DNA of 64,000 bases from Oscillospiraceae bacterium (GTDB lineage: Bacteria > Bacillota > Clostridia > Oscillospirales > CAG-272). Below the pieces are notes generated by a model. That model ran no database searches. It was not told where the DNA came from and was given only the letters and a program-made list of their open reading frames with translations. A program made the position numbers and the translations under genes. The DNA lies in the NCBI GenBank assembly GCA_015064355.1, contig SVSJ01000011.1, positions 596-64,595 of the forward strand. Direction: 5' to 3'. Position 1 is the stretch's first letter. Each line of letters starts with the position of its first letter. Positions 43,307 through 53,702 of the stretch are shown in pieces.

Positions 43307-44143
43307 ATGATGAACAACAGAATCGGCGTACAGGTTAACTACAATAAAGGTGTTGACCTTGTAGCAGCCTTCAAAAACGCGTTGGATATGGACATCTGCT
43401 CCTGCCAGCTTTGCATCTGGAATGAATCAATGTTCACAGCTGACTATGCCAAGGCAGTAAACGATGCGGTTGCGGCTACGGGATTTGAGATCACTACCCT
43501 TTGGGCAGGCTGGGACGGTCCCTGCGAATGGAACTTCACAGGTGGCCCCGCAACGATCGGCCTTGTTCCTCCCGCATACAGATTCGCACGTCTGAATGCA
43601 CTGAAGAGAGCCTCCGAATTTGCAGAAATGATCGGAGTTAACAAGGTGGTAACACACGTCGGATTCATTCCGGAAAACCCGGACGATCCCAACTTCACAG
43701 GCACCGTTGCGGCACTTCGCGATCTTTGCCGCTTTATGGGTGCGAAAGGCCAGCATTTCCTTCTTGAAACCGGCCAGGAAACACCTGTTACAATGCTCCG
43801 CACCATCCAGGCTATCGGCACAGGCAACGTGGGTATCAACTTCGACACTGCAAACTTGATCCTCTACGGAAAGGCAAACACCCTTGACGCACTTGACGTT
43901 TTCGGCCAGTATGTTATGGAAACTCACATCAAGGACGGCCTCTATCCCACAGACGGATTAGAGCTTGGTGCCGAGACTCCCGCAGGTCAGGGCAAGGCCA
44001 ATCTTCCCGCTGTTATCAAAAAGCTTGGGGAGCTTGGCTACACCGGTACTCTTACAATCGAGCGCGAGATCTCAGGGGAGCAGCAGAAAGCTGATATCGC
44101 CATGGCAAGAGACCTTCTCAAAAAGTGGATGGCAGAAGCGTAA
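43307..44143 (+). CDS. Sugar phosphate isomerase/epimerase (xylose-isomerase-like TIM barrel)
   Basis: VVTHVGFIPENPDD, FLLETGQETP, INFDTANLILYG and THIKDG metal-ligand-type motifs. Confidence 0.7.
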   Translation: MMNNRIGVQVNYNKGVDLVAAFKNALDMDICSCQLCIWNESMFTADYAKAVNDAVAATGFEITTLWAGWDGPCEWNFTGGPATIGLVPPAYRFARLNALKRASEFAEMIGVNKVVTHVGFIPENPDDPNFTGTVAALRDLCRFMGAKGQHFLLETGQETPVTMLRTIQAIGTGNVGINFDTANLILYGKANTLDALDVFGQYVMETHIKDGLYPTDGLELGAETPAGQGKANLPAVIKKLGELGYTGTLTIEREISGEQQKADIAMARDLLKKWMAEA

Positions 44144-44157
44144 ATCACAAAACAAAA

Positions 44158-44187
44158 AGCCTTACTTCATCGGTAAGGCTTTTTTTG
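44158..44187 (+). terminator. Rho-independent terminator
   Basis: agccttac-ttcatcg-gtaaggct followed by TTTTTTT. Confidence 0.7.
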
Positions 44188-44314
44188 ATTGTAGGTTTAG
44201 TGATAAAACCCCTGTTCGAAGTAGCAGGATCAAATGATCTGGCTTAAAGGCCCCTTTGTGTAAAGGGGGCTCCGCCATTGGCGGTGGGGGATTGTTTTAG
44301 TCATTTGCCACACC

Positions 44315-44611
44315 TTATTTCTTGTTTGCAATCTCAAGATCTCTGACAAGCATAGAAACGTGAGCGAATTGTTCGTCGGTCAGCCCGGTTGCATTTATTA
44401 TTTTCTCTTTTTCGAGCCCTAAAAGATAATCGGTAGAAACTCTGAAATACTCCGCAAGTTTTAATAGCATATCAACAGACGGAACAACATTGTCGTTTTC
44501 CCAGTTTGACACACATTGCTTTGTAACATTCATTATTCTCGCGAATTCAACTTGGTTTAGGCCGTTTTGCTGTCTTAACATTCTTATGTTATCATTTAAT
44601 GCATTTGTCAT
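44315..44611 (-). CDS. XRE-family helix-turn-helix regulator
   Basis: LRQQNGLNQVEFARIMNVTKQCVSNWENDNVVPSVDMLLKLAEYFRVSTDYLLG. ATG at 44611 chosen. Confidence 0.8.
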   Translation of the reverse strand: MTNALNDNIRMLRQQNGLNQVEFARIMNVTKQCVSNWENDNVVPSVDMLLKLAEYFRVSTDYLLGLEKEKIINATGLTDEQFAHVSMLVRDLEIANKK

Positions 44612-44915
44612 AAGTCCACCACACAATAATTATTTATATATTATTGTATATTTAATATTGACAAATTAAAAATACTTTAGTATACTTGTGGTGGACTATT
44701 TTGTTTGATAACCATAAATGGGCGGTTTGCGAAGCCTTCCTCCCTCCGTTTTCTTCTAAAACAACAAGGAGGCTTTTTTCAACCGGACTTTCATTGGCAA
44801 AGCATTTGAAATTTTTTCATTTTTTGCGGAACAAATGCTATTCTTTTTTCGTCTAATAATATATAATGATACTATAAGTTAACCACCCTGCGACGTTTTT
44901 CAGAAAGGATCAGCT

Positions 44916-47705
44916 ATGCGTAAATATTTTGCCCTCTTTATTGCTGTTATTATTTCCCTCACTCTCCTTGTGGGCTGTAACAACGAAACGCCGAAAGTTG
45001 ATTTACCGGAGACTTTGGACACAGTCGGTAACATTGACACCGCCCCGCCCGCAACAGAGGCTGAGGAGACAGTCGGTAGCGTTGACACCACCCCGCCCGT
45101 CATAGATCCCCTCCCCATCATCCTCGAGGAGGAAGTAGACGGTCTGCCCAACAGTGTCGGAGAGGCGCTGTTCGTAGCGTGGCGTTCCACTTATTACCCT
45201 ACAAGAGGAGCTGACACCCTTGACTTCTACCGCATGGATCGTTCCGGGGAAACTTACGCCTACTACAAGCTTACTCTCACCCTGCCCAGCGGCTATTCAA
45301 ACGGCAGGATACACAAGACGGAAATCATCCCCCGCGGTGCTCTGGAAAGTGAGAACATACGGTTTGTCGTTGAGGCCACACGTGATGGAGAAGACGTGTA
45401 TCTCGAGTACATTCTGGGTGCAGACTTTGACCTCGAGTTGTACGTTCTCGAGTCCGTCACGGAGATCACAGAGGAAGACTTGCCACCGATCCTCGTGGAA
45501 AGACCCCTTGAGTTTGTGAATCACACTTTTACGATGGGTGTTGGCACCACCGTATCCTTTGAAGTGCCGTATTGGTGGGAATTGAGCTACACGGACAACT
45601 CAAACGCCTATCTCGACGAGGAGGATATCCTAAACGTTCTCCCGTATGACAAGTATCTGAAGCGAGTTCTCGTCATCAAAACGGATACTGACTTTGACAA
45701 GATGATCGGGGAGCTTAAAGGTGGCAGCAACCCATATAACTTTGATTCGGTCATCTCGGGAACCACCTCCGCAGGTCACGAATATGCAGGCGTGCGCGGA
45801 GATTTCAGAGATGCGTTCAGATACATTTTCTGTGTGACAACCGAGCACGAGAGCTATATTTTTGAAGTCTGGGAGTGGCGTAAGTACGACACTGACCTAA
45901 ACTTCCTTGATGACGTGGTTATCCCCGTGGTTGAGTCCTTCTCCGTAGAATATGACACCACCCCGCCCGTCATAGATACACTCCCCATCATCCTCGAGGA
46001 GGAAGTAGACGGTCTGCCCGACAGTATCGGAGCAGCAATGATCAAGGCGTGGTTTTCCGGCGCCCGTGGCGATTATTACTACTTCCCAAGCGGAGCGGAC
46101 ACCCTTGAATTCTACCGCGTCGATTATTCCGGAGAAACTACGGCGAACTACAAACTCACCCTAACTCTGCCAGACGGCTATTCAAACGGTAAGATCCACA
46201 AGGCGGAAACCACAAGCGGCGGTGCGACAAGCGACGGCTTACGGTTTATCGTCGAAGCGGAATATTTTGGCAAAAAGTTCTTCCTTGATTATACAATGAC
46301 AGCCAACAAGGGCAGTGGACTTTACGTTTTAAGCTCTGTAAGGAGAACCACGGAAGAAGAATTCACCCGCGTCCTCGGTGACAGAACCCTTGAGTTTGTT
46401 ACCCACGGCCTTTATTTGCAAGTGGGAGTGAATGTGTCACTCGCTCTCCCCTCATACTGGGAGTTAGATTACCACGGAAATGGCAACGCATATTTTTATG
46501 AGGAAGATATTCTCAACATTTATCCTCGCTCCCTCAACATGAAGCGCGCCCTGTTTTTCAAAACAGATCGGGATTTTGATACAATACTGGCAGACCTGGC
46601 AGGTGACACCAACCCAATTGGAGACGCGGTTTTCTTGGGAACAACTGTAGGCGGGCACGAGTACAAGGGTATTTGCCAAACGGTTGATGGCTGCGATCGG
46701 TATATATTCAGCGTAGTCACTGAACGCGAGATGTATATCCTTGAGGTCTGGAGCCAGCCGGAGTACGACGTTGGAGTTGACTTCTTCAATGACGTGGTTA
46801 TCCCCGTGGTCGAATCTTTCTCAGTTGAATATCACGAAAAAGTAACAATTACCGACATTGCAGACTGGGACACCCTGCCGTGGGTGGAAAAACCCTACGA
46901 TTACAGAAAGCGCGCGCAGTCTGCGTATAATTTCATTTACGATATGGTGAGCGGAGAAGACCTGGTGATCGGAGATTCATCCTATTCCGAGCTAAAGGAC
47001 CTTGGAATTGAGGATTATTCAATCACTCTCCTTAGTAACGACTCAAGCGAGGCCACCCTGCGCTTCACCTTTACGGTAACAGGTAATTCTCTCCCCGAAA
47101 CTCTGCCGCCCGGAACGTATACGAAGATCCTTCAAGACGGTGTGGGCTTGAGTATGTACGATGAAAAAATACCCGATTCATATCTTGAAAGCTATAATGA
47201 AAATCGCGGTCTCGACAAATTCGGCGACTATACTGCTGTTCAGGCTATACACGAGTATCTGTGTCACTATAATTACTCGGAGCCCTACTCCTTTGGTGAA
47301 TGGCCTGACGACATTCCCTACCCTTACATCTGCACGTACTACGGAAACAACTCCGCGATAAGCTTCGATGAAATGCAGAAACTTCTGTCCGAGAAATTCG
47401 GTATCACTATAGAGAAGCCCGATGAAAGCTGTTCAACGCATCGCTGGGAGTACAACGCAGACACAGGTATGGTTTACTACACTGACACGCGGGCATTCCC
47501 TGCAATATACCGCTTCATTGACGTAAAGGAAGACGGCGGCACGACCTACGTAACCGTTCAGTTCTACGCGGACTACCTCTTTCTTATCCCCTCCCACAAG
47601 ATCGTTTACCGACTCGGCGAGGGAGAGGTATTCCTTGGTTGCGAGGTCATTGACAACGGTCACTACCATTCACGCAGCATCAACTGGGAAAATATTATAA
47701 GATGA
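44916..47705 (+). CDS. 929-aa lipoprotein of unknown function with a twofold ~290-aa internal duplication
   Basis: Lipobox LLVGC. TTPPVID.LPIILEEEVDGLP and VVIPVVESFSVEY each occur twice. Confidence 0.6.
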   Translation: MRKYFALFIAVIISLTLLVGCNNETPKVDLPETLDTVGNIDTAPPATEAEETVGSVDTTPPVIDPLPIILEEEVDGLPNSVGEALFVAWRSTYYPTRGADTLDFYRMDRSGETYAYYKLTLTLPSGYSNGRIHKTEIIPRGALESENIRFVVEATRDGEDVYLEYILGADFDLELYVLESVTEITEEDLPPILVERPLEFVNHTFTMGVGTTVSFEVPYWWELSYTDNSNAYLDEEDILNVLPYDKYLKRVLVIKTDTDFDKMIGELKGGSNPYNFDSVISGTTSAGHEYAGVRGDFRDAFRYIFCVTTEHESYIFEVWEWRKYDTDLNFLDDVVIPVVESFSVEYDTTPPVIDTLPIILEEEVDGLPDSIGAAMIKAWFSGARGDYYYFPSGADTLEFYRVDYSGETTANYKLTLTLPDGYSNGKIHKAETTSGGATSDGLRFIVEAEYFGKKFFLDYTMTANKGSGLYVLSSVRRTTEEEFTRVLGDRTLEFVTHGLYLQVGVNVSLALPSYWELDYHGNGNAYFYEEDILNIYPRSLNMKRALFFKTDRDFDTILADLAGDTNPIGDAVFLGTTVGGHEYKGICQTVDGCDRYIFSVVTEREMYILEVWSQPEYDVGVDFFNDVVIPVVESFSVEYHEKVTITDIADWDTLPWVEKPYDYRKRAQSAYNFIYDMVSGEDLVIGDSSYSELKDLGIEDYSITLLSNDSSEATLRFTFTVTGNSLPETLPPGTYTKILQDGVGLSMYDEKIPDSYLESYNENRGLDKFGDYTAVQAIHEYLCHYNYSEPYSFGEWPDDIPYPYICTYYGNNSAISFDEMQKLLSEKFGITIEKPDESCSTHRWEYNADTGMVYYTDTRAFPAIYRFIDVKEDGGTTYVTVQFYADYLFLIPSHKIVYRLGEGEVFLGCEVIDNGHYHSRSINWENIIR
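45084..46830 (+). repeat. Two tandem ~870-bp coding repeats
   Basis: About 75-bp near-identical stretches begin at 45084 and 45954. A second conserved stretch lies at about 45911 and 46791. Confidence 0.75.
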
Positions 47706-47715
47706 GTAAAAGAAA

Positions 47716-47742
47716 AGCCTTACTTAATTGTAAGGCTTTTTT
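47716..47742. terminator. Bidirectional terminator between convergent genes
   Basis: agccttac-ttaatt-gtaaggct flanked by A-run and T-run. Confidence 0.7.
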
Positions 47743-47745
47743 GAT

Positions 47746-48450
47746 TTATTTCTTTTTCTTTTCGGAAATGATAAAGGGCAGGTGGAATAAAAACACTATT
47801 GCGCTGCCGAGAGCCACCAGACGCAGGAAGTAAACGTACCATCCACCATTCAGATTAAGGTATGGCAGGTCTTCCATCGGGGGTCTTACGAGATACATAA
47901 AGTTAGTGTTGTACTCAGACAAAACGCTGTTTACGTAGATCATAATAAGCACCAGGGAAACAAGGATCGCCAGATTTTTCACAAATGCCTTTACACCAAG
48001 CTTTGCATGCTTTGCAGCTATCAGATAAAAGGCAAACCACATGAGTCCCGCGTGGTAAACGAAGCACTGATAGGAAAGGATGTTTCCGAAGTCAACTCCG
48101 TTTGTGGGAATAAGCAGGGCAAAGAAGCTGCCTATGGTTCCTCCTACTGCCAAAAAGTCCATAACAGTCTGCTTGAGAGGCCCGTCCTTGCCGAAGGTGA
48201 TAAACAGCACTCCAAACAGCATCAGACTGCACAAATGAAACGGAAGTGCCGTAGGATCAAGGTGCATTCCGCCTTTTTCGCTTTCAACCATTTCGCACAT
48301 CATTTTGCTTATCTCGCTGAAAGCGCAAATGGCTGTCATAATGTATCCTGCGTGCTTGAGGGAAAGCTTCTTTTTTACACTGAAAACAAGCATTCCCGCA
48401 ACGAAAACGGCACAAATGCCCAACCAAATAAAATGTTCCAAACTAAACAT
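47746..48450 (-). CDS. Integral membrane protein, YwaF/TIGR02206-like
   Basis: About 7 TM helices. The N-terminal MFSLEHFIWLGICAVFVAGMLVF pattern is recalled for that family. Confidence 0.45.
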   Translation of the reverse strand: MFSLEHFIWLGICAVFVAGMLVFSVKKKLSLKHAGYIMTAICAFSEISKMMCEMVESEKGGMHLDPTALPFHLCSLMLFGVLFITFGKDGPLKQTVMDFLAVGGTIGSFFALLIPTNGVDFGNILSYQCFVYHAGLMWFAFYLIAAKHAKLGVKAFVKNLAILVSLVLIMIYVNSVLSEYNTNFMYLVRPPMEDLPYLNLNGGWYVYFLRLVALGSAIVFLFHLPFIISEKKKK

Positions 48451-48465
48451 GGGGTTCTCCTGAAG

Positions 48466-49842
48466 TTACGCTTCTGTTTCTCCTGCAATACTTCTTGCAA
48501 CGTGAACACCGCTGGCAGATGCGTGGGACAGGGAGTGAGTAATGCCGCTTCCGTCTCCGATTATGTAAAGTCCCTTGTATCTGGACTGGAGATTTTCGTC
48601 AACCTCCACCTCCATATTATAGAACTTGACCTCAACGCCATAGAGGAGTGTATCGTCGTTTGCTGTGCCTGGGGCGATCTTGTCAAGAGCGTAGATCATC
48701 TCAATAATTCCGTCGAGGATTCTCTTGGGAAGTACAAGGCTGAGGTCGCCGGGGGTCGCCTTAAGTGTGGGGGTGATATAAGCCTCGTCAATGCGGCTCT
48801 GTGTGGAACGACGTCCGCGGATCAAGTCCCCGAAGCGCTGTACGATAACGCCGCCGCCAAGCATATTGCTGAGTCTTGCTATTGATTCGCCGTATCCGTT
48901 TGAATCCTTGAAGGGCTCGGAGAAATGCTTTGCCACAAGGAGGGCGAAGTTGGTGTTTTCCGTCTGCTTTGCAGGATCTTCATAGCTGTGTCCGTTTACT
49001 GTGATGATACCGTTTGTATTTTCGTTAACAACAGCCCCCTTGGGGTTCATACAGAATGTTCTCACTCTGTCGCCGTAGGTCTCGGTGCGGTAAACGATCT
49101 TGCTTTCGTAAAGCTCGTCTGTAAGGTGGGAGAACACCTCCATGGGAAGTTCAACGCGCACGCCGATGTCAACACGGTTTGAACTTGTGGGAATGTCCAG
49201 CTCCTTGCAAACGGATTCCATCCACTTACTGCCGATTCGGCCTACGGAAATAATGCAGTTCTTGCAGGTATAGCTGCCGTCCTTGGTCTGTATTTCGTAT
49301 CCGCCGTCGGTCACGCCAACCTTGTCAACCGGTGTATCAAAGAAAAACTCAACCTTATCCTTGAGATAGTCGTAAATGTTCTCAAGAACAACATAGTTTA
49401 TGTCAGTACCGAGGTGGCGTACAGATGCGTCAAGAAGATGCAGGTCGTTCTGGATGCACTCTTTCTTGAATTTGGAGCCGGTGGTTGTGTAAAGCTTTGT
49501 TCCCTCTCCACCGTAGCGCATGTTGATCTCGTCAACGTAGTGCATAAGGTCAAGGGCTTCCTTTTTGCCGATGTATTCGTGAAGGGTACCGCCGAAATCG
49601 TTGGTAATATTATACTTACCGTCAGAGAATGCGCCGGCACCGCCGAATCCGCTCATAATGGAGCAGCTCTTGCACTTGATGCAGGATTTCACCTTTACTC
49701 CGTCGATGGGGCAGTGACGCTTGTCGAGAGCGTGTCCCGCTTCAAACACCGCGATCTTAAATTCCGGCTTGTTCTGAATCAGCTCATAAGCGGAGAATAT
49801 TCCTCCCGGGCCTGCGCCGATTATTATAACGTCATAGTTCAT
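48466..49842 (-). CDS. FAD-dependent oxidoreductase (COG2509-like)
   Basis: YDVIIIGAGPGGIFSAYEL dinucleotide-binding motif. ATG at 49842 behind GAGGAA. Confidence 0.7.
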   Translation of the reverse strand: MNYDVIIIGAGPGGIFSAYELIQNKPEFKIAVFEAGHALDKRHCPIDGVKVKSCIKCKSCSIMSGFGGAGAFSDGKYNITNDFGGTLHEYIGKKEALDLMHYVDEINMRYGGEGTKLYTTTGSKFKKECIQNDLHLLDASVRHLGTDINYVVLENIYDYLKDKVEFFFDTPVDKVGVTDGGYEIQTKDGSYTCKNCIISVGRIGSKWMESVCKELDIPTSSNRVDIGVRVELPMEVFSHLTDELYESKIVYRTETYGDRVRTFCMNPKGAVVNENTNGIITVNGHSYEDPAKQTENTNFALLVAKHFSEPFKDSNGYGESIARLSNMLGGGVIVQRFGDLIRGRRSTQSRIDEAYITPTLKATPGDLSLVLPKRILDGIIEMIYALDKIAPGTANDDTLLYGVEVKFYNMEVEVDENLQSRYKGLYIIGDGSGITHSLSHASASGVHVARSIAGETEA

Positions 49843-49985
49843 ATATATTCCTCGTTTATCTTTATTTTTCGATTTCACCACTTTGTATTATACCTCATAT
49901 ATATTTTTTTGTCAACTGAAGTGGGCGGTAGCAAAACAAAAGCACCCCAAATGATCATTCAGGGTGCGTTTTTTTCAATTATGTG

Positions 49986-51425
49986 TCATTCCTCGGTTTC
50001 CTCTGACCAGACGACCGGAGGGGTGTCCTTGTACTTTTTTTTGAAGATGCGTCTTCGGAAGAGGAAAGTGGTGTAAGCCAGCCACAGCACGAAGAAAAGT
50101 GCGCAGGCGATAATTGCATTTGTCAGAGAGCTGCCCGCAAAGTTAAGGAAGAGGAGCAGGGGAGCGATCATAACCATAGCCGGGAAATTCGAGAGGATAT
50201 ACAGGCTGGAGGTAGGTGTTCTGAGACCTGGGTCGATCTCTTTCATAAGGATCATACCGTTTGACGCAGTACCTGTGAGAGTACCGAAGCTCATAAGGAA
50301 GAACTCGTGTTCAAAGCCCTTGAAGCATTCCTTTGAAACCTTGCGGATGTAAACGAATGTGATCGCCGCGCCCACAACGCTCAGGATAACTATGGGGAGA
50401 ATGTAATTCTTGATGTCGTTGATCTCAATAGCCGCAACACCAGCAACGATCATAAGGTCGAATGAGAAGCCGGAGATTCTGTCCATCTGATAATTGTTGA
50501 TGTAATCTCTGTGCATGATATTGCGCTTGCGAAGCTGCTTTACCACAAACTTGATCAGCATTGCCGCCAGAGATGCCCGCAGGAAGTTGAATCCCCAGGC
50601 GATACTGTTTGTGAAGTCGGAGATGGCACCGAGGAGGCACATAAATCCGAAGGAGAGCGCGTATGTAAGAGCTACAAATCCAACCTGGAGGGAGAACTTG
50701 TCAACAGATTCGTTGTCGGGGATCTCCTCGCCGCCTGTCTGGCTTGCAGATTCAGCGGCAGGGGTTCCTTTGCGGATATAAAGGTTGCTGCGCTTCTTGT
50801 TGATATTGATATACAGCACACCGAACACAGACGCAACCACAAATCCGATAGATGCGAGAGAAAGACCAAAGCTGCCATTGCCGGCAAACTGGGTCGCGGC
50901 AGTATTGGTGAAATTAATATCCCAGCTCAGGGCGTTTCCGGGGCCCTGACCGAAAGCCAGAGGCAGGATCAAGCCACAGATATAGGAAATAATCTTCGGG
51001 CCGTTCTTTGTAAGGAAGAACATAAGGATCGTAATACCAAGGCCAACGAAAGCCTGGAGCATATAAGTACCGCCCTGGAGCGCACCGAACTCAACCACCT
51101 GTGCGGGATTAGTCTTGTGGTTACTCTTTTCGGTTTTAAGGGTCATTGAAGCAAAACCGACAGCCAGGCAGTGATATGTAATAACCTGCATCAGTCTGTT
51201 ATCAACAAGGACAAAGCCAAACTGCTTGCAGACAATATTAGCAATAAGGAGAAGTGTACCACCCAGAAGTGCTGACGGGATCAGGCATCTTCTGAAAAGG
51301 GGAATAACTCTTCTGAGAATGTTGCCGAGCATCAAAAACATAAGAAGCAGACCAAGCTGTACTAAAAATCCCCAAACGGCATCATAGTTGGATAGGGTAA
51401 AATCCCAACTTGCTGTAGTATCCAT
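49986..51425 (-). CDS. Sodium/glutamate symporter family (GltS-like) transporter
   Basis: Polytopic. LGNILRRVIPLFRRCLIPSALLGGTLLL resembles the GltS N-terminus. Confidence 0.55.
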   Translation of the reverse strand: MDTTASWDFTLSNYDAVWGFLVQLGLLLMFLMLGNILRRVIPLFRRCLIPSALLGGTLLLIANIVCKQFGFVLVDNRLMQVITYHCLAVGFASMTLKTEKSNHKTNPAQVVEFGALQGGTYMLQAFVGLGITILMFFLTKNGPKIISYICGLILPLAFGQGPGNALSWDINFTNTAATQFAGNGSFGLSLASIGFVVASVFGVLYININKKRSNLYIRKGTPAAESASQTGGEEIPDNESVDKFSLQVGFVALTYALSFGFMCLLGAISDFTNSIAWGFNFLRASLAAMLIKFVVKQLRKRNIMHRDYINNYQMDRISGFSFDLMIVAGVAAIEINDIKNYILPIVILSVVGAAITFVYIRKVSKECFKGFEHEFFLMSFGTLTGTASNGMILMKEIDPGLRTPTSSLYILSNFPAMVMIAPLLLFLNFAGSSLTNAIIACALFFVLWLAYTTFLFRRRIFKKKYKDTPPVVWSEETEE

Positions 51426-51470
51426 AAAATTTTGAACTCCTTTTCTGTGAAGTCAACTATCGAGATAGGT

Positions 51471-52685
51471 TTACAGACCCAAGAATTCAGCGTTTTCGTC
51501 TCCGCTCATAATATTCTTGTATCTGTAATAGAAGTGCACGTATTTCAGCGCGTTAAATCTCTTTGAGCCTTTGACCTGGTAAAGCTTGCCGCAGTGGTAA
51601 ATATTCAGCTTGTTCTTGCCGAGAACCACCACCGCCGTTACGTCGTCAAAGTGAAGATCCAGCACCTCGTCTCCCATTTCGGCAGTAATGCGGTCGCCGT
51701 AAAGGGACAGTCCCACTCCGTCAGCCAGGTGTATCTTCTTTTCAAACACGATAACCTCGGACAAGGACACCGTTTCCTTATACAAGGGTTCATCCTTGTG
51801 CTGGGTCAGATCATAGCCGCGTATATACTTGCTCTGATAATCGTACCAGTCGTTTACAAAGCGGAAGGGGAAATCAAATCCCACGCCGCAAAGCTCTTTT
51901 TTGGTTGTGTATCTGATCTTTTTGCCGCACTTTTTGCACGTGATTATGTCGCAGTTACTTTCAAACTCCGAAAGGCCGCAATCCGGGCAAACGTACATTG
52001 CTCTCTCAAGGTATTCCGCCAGCTTCTTGTGCTTGAATTCCCCGTCGGCAACTGCTTCGTTGACGTAAAGCCCTTTCTCGATCCGTTCAAACAAAGCCTC
52101 GTCGGTCATATCCTTGTATTCAAGGGGCTCGATGACCTCGGACACATATCCTCTCATCTTACCACGGCGCACAACGTCACTCCATCGTGGGTGAACACCG
52201 TAGCCACCTTCAATACGGAACAAAGCGATGGGCAAGCCAAGCTTCTTCGCAAGGGGAACGATAGAGGGACTCATATACTCGGTCTTTCCGCTGTATGTAC
52301 GGTTTCCCTCGGGAGCGATTGCAATAGTGCCCCCCTCCTTGGCAACACGGATACAGTTGAGCACCGCTTTTACGTCAGTTGTCTGCTTTCTTATAGGAAT
52401 GGGCGCAACCAAGTATTTGATCACCGCAGAGGTCCAGCCGTTTGAAAACAAGTCCTCGCTGGCAAGGTAGTACACGGCGCCGCGGAAGGCAAGTCCAACG
52501 TAGAACTGGTCAAAGCCTGTCTGGTGATTCATGAGAATAAGGTACTGACGGTCTCCCTGCTCTCGGAATCGTTCGATCTTTATGTTATATCTGATTCTTG
52601 TATAAACCCCAAGGGTTGCTGCAAGAAGGTTTCTCGCAAACCTGTGACGTGGGAGTATCCATTTTTTCTTGTTTTTCCTGCTCAC
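51471..52685 (-). CDS. Lysophospholipid (PlsC-type) acyltransferase with a C-terminal zinc-ribbon domain
   Basis: NHQTGFD (HX4D), APEGNRT, and CPDCG...CKKCGK. Confidence 0.7.
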   Translation of the reverse strand: MSRKNKKKWILPRHRFARNLLAATLGVYTRIRYNIKIERFREQGDRQYLILMNHQTGFDQFYVGLAFRGAVYYLASEDLFSNGWTSAVIKYLVAPIPIRKQTTDVKAVLNCIRVAKEGGTIAIAPEGNRTYSGKTEYMSPSIVPLAKKLGLPIALFRIEGGYGVHPRWSDVVRRGKMRGYVSEVIEPLEYKDMTDEALFERIEKGLYVNEAVADGEFKHKKLAEYLERAMYVCPDCGLSEFESNCDIITCKKCGKKIRYTTKKELCGVGFDFPFRFVNDWYDYQSKYIRGYDLTQHKDEPLYKETVSLSEVIVFEKKIHLADGVGLSLYGDRITAEMGDEVLDLHFDDVTAVVVLGKNKLNIYHCGKLYQVKGSKRFNALKYVHFYYRYKNIMSGDENAEFLGL

Positions 52686-52886
52686 TCAATCACCGCCTTA
52701 CCTATGTGATCCCGGCCCGAAATAATGCGAATTTTCGAACTATTTTTATTATTATATCATACTCTGCCCCACAGCGCTATATCTTTTCGAAAATTTTTGA
52801 GTTTTTTCGCAAAAAACACGCCCCGTCTATAATAAATATGAAAAAACAGACAAGAGTATTACCTCTGCCTGCTTTGAGTTGTTTGT

Positions 52887-53702
52887 TTATTCTTCTTTGT
52901 CGTCGGTCTTTTTCAGTCTTTCCTTTGCCTCTTCAACGGTCTCACCGTCGCGAGTAAGATATTTCTCGACGAATTTGTCCTCAAGCTTTGTGTATCCGTC
53001 AACAACTCCACGTTCAATTTTCTTGTAGCCGTCGACTACGCCACGCTCGATCTTCTTATATCCACTGACAACGCCGTCAGCAATTTTTTCGTTTGTCCGG
53101 ACAATTTTTGATTTTGCCATTTCTATTTTCTTACCTCCTATAAGGTCGATTCCAAGGATCGCCACGATCAAATATACTCCCGTGCCGGTCAGCAGGTTCA
53201 TAAGCTGTATCCCGCCTGCGCTCATTCCTTCAAAGGAAACAAGCATTGATCTCTGCAGGGAGAATATTGACACAAGGCCGTCAGCAAGGGATATGCTTCG
53301 CAGGGTCTTTATTACAGGTGCGTTAAGTCTGCCCGCTTTGACCAGTTTGATTATTGCAAGGGTTATCTTCGTGAAAGCATAAGCCGCCATGGTTATCATA
53401 ACGATCTCCCCGTGGCGTATGCCCTCCTCAACCTCAACTGCCAGATAAGCAGTGCCCGCAAGTACAATCGCAAGGAAGAGAAACATCCCACCGGTGAATC
53501 TCATTACCCACCTGCCGTCTTTCCCGCGGTTTGCAGTTTTCAGCACCGCAAATCGCATAACGCTGAGAACGGTATAATAGGCGCAGGCCGTAACAAACCA
53601 CCAGGATCCGTTTGCCAAGCCGATATACCCGTTATACAAAGCGTACGCAAGATTCGCAAGAAAGCTGCCGAGGGCAACCTTCAGCGTTCTGTTTTGTTTC
53701 AT
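52887..53702 (-). CDS. Membrane protein of unknown function with a C-terminal GVV.GYKKIERGVVDGY repeat
   Basis: About 6 TM helices. Its start abuts the stop of the upstream ORF. Confidence 0.5.
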   Translation of the reverse strand: MKQNRTLKVALGSFLANLAYALYNGYIGLANGSWWFVTACAYYTVLSVMRFAVLKTANRGKDGRWVMRFTGGMFLFLAIVLAGTAYLAVEVEEGIRHGEIVMITMAAYAFTKITLAIIKLVKAGRLNAPVIKTLRSISLADGLVSIFSLQRSMLVSFEGMSAGGIQLMNLLTGTGVYLIVAILGIDLIGGKKIEMAKSKIVRTNEKIADGVVSGYKKIERGVVDGYKKIERGVVDGYTKLEDKFVEKYLTRDGETVEEAKERLKKTDDKEE

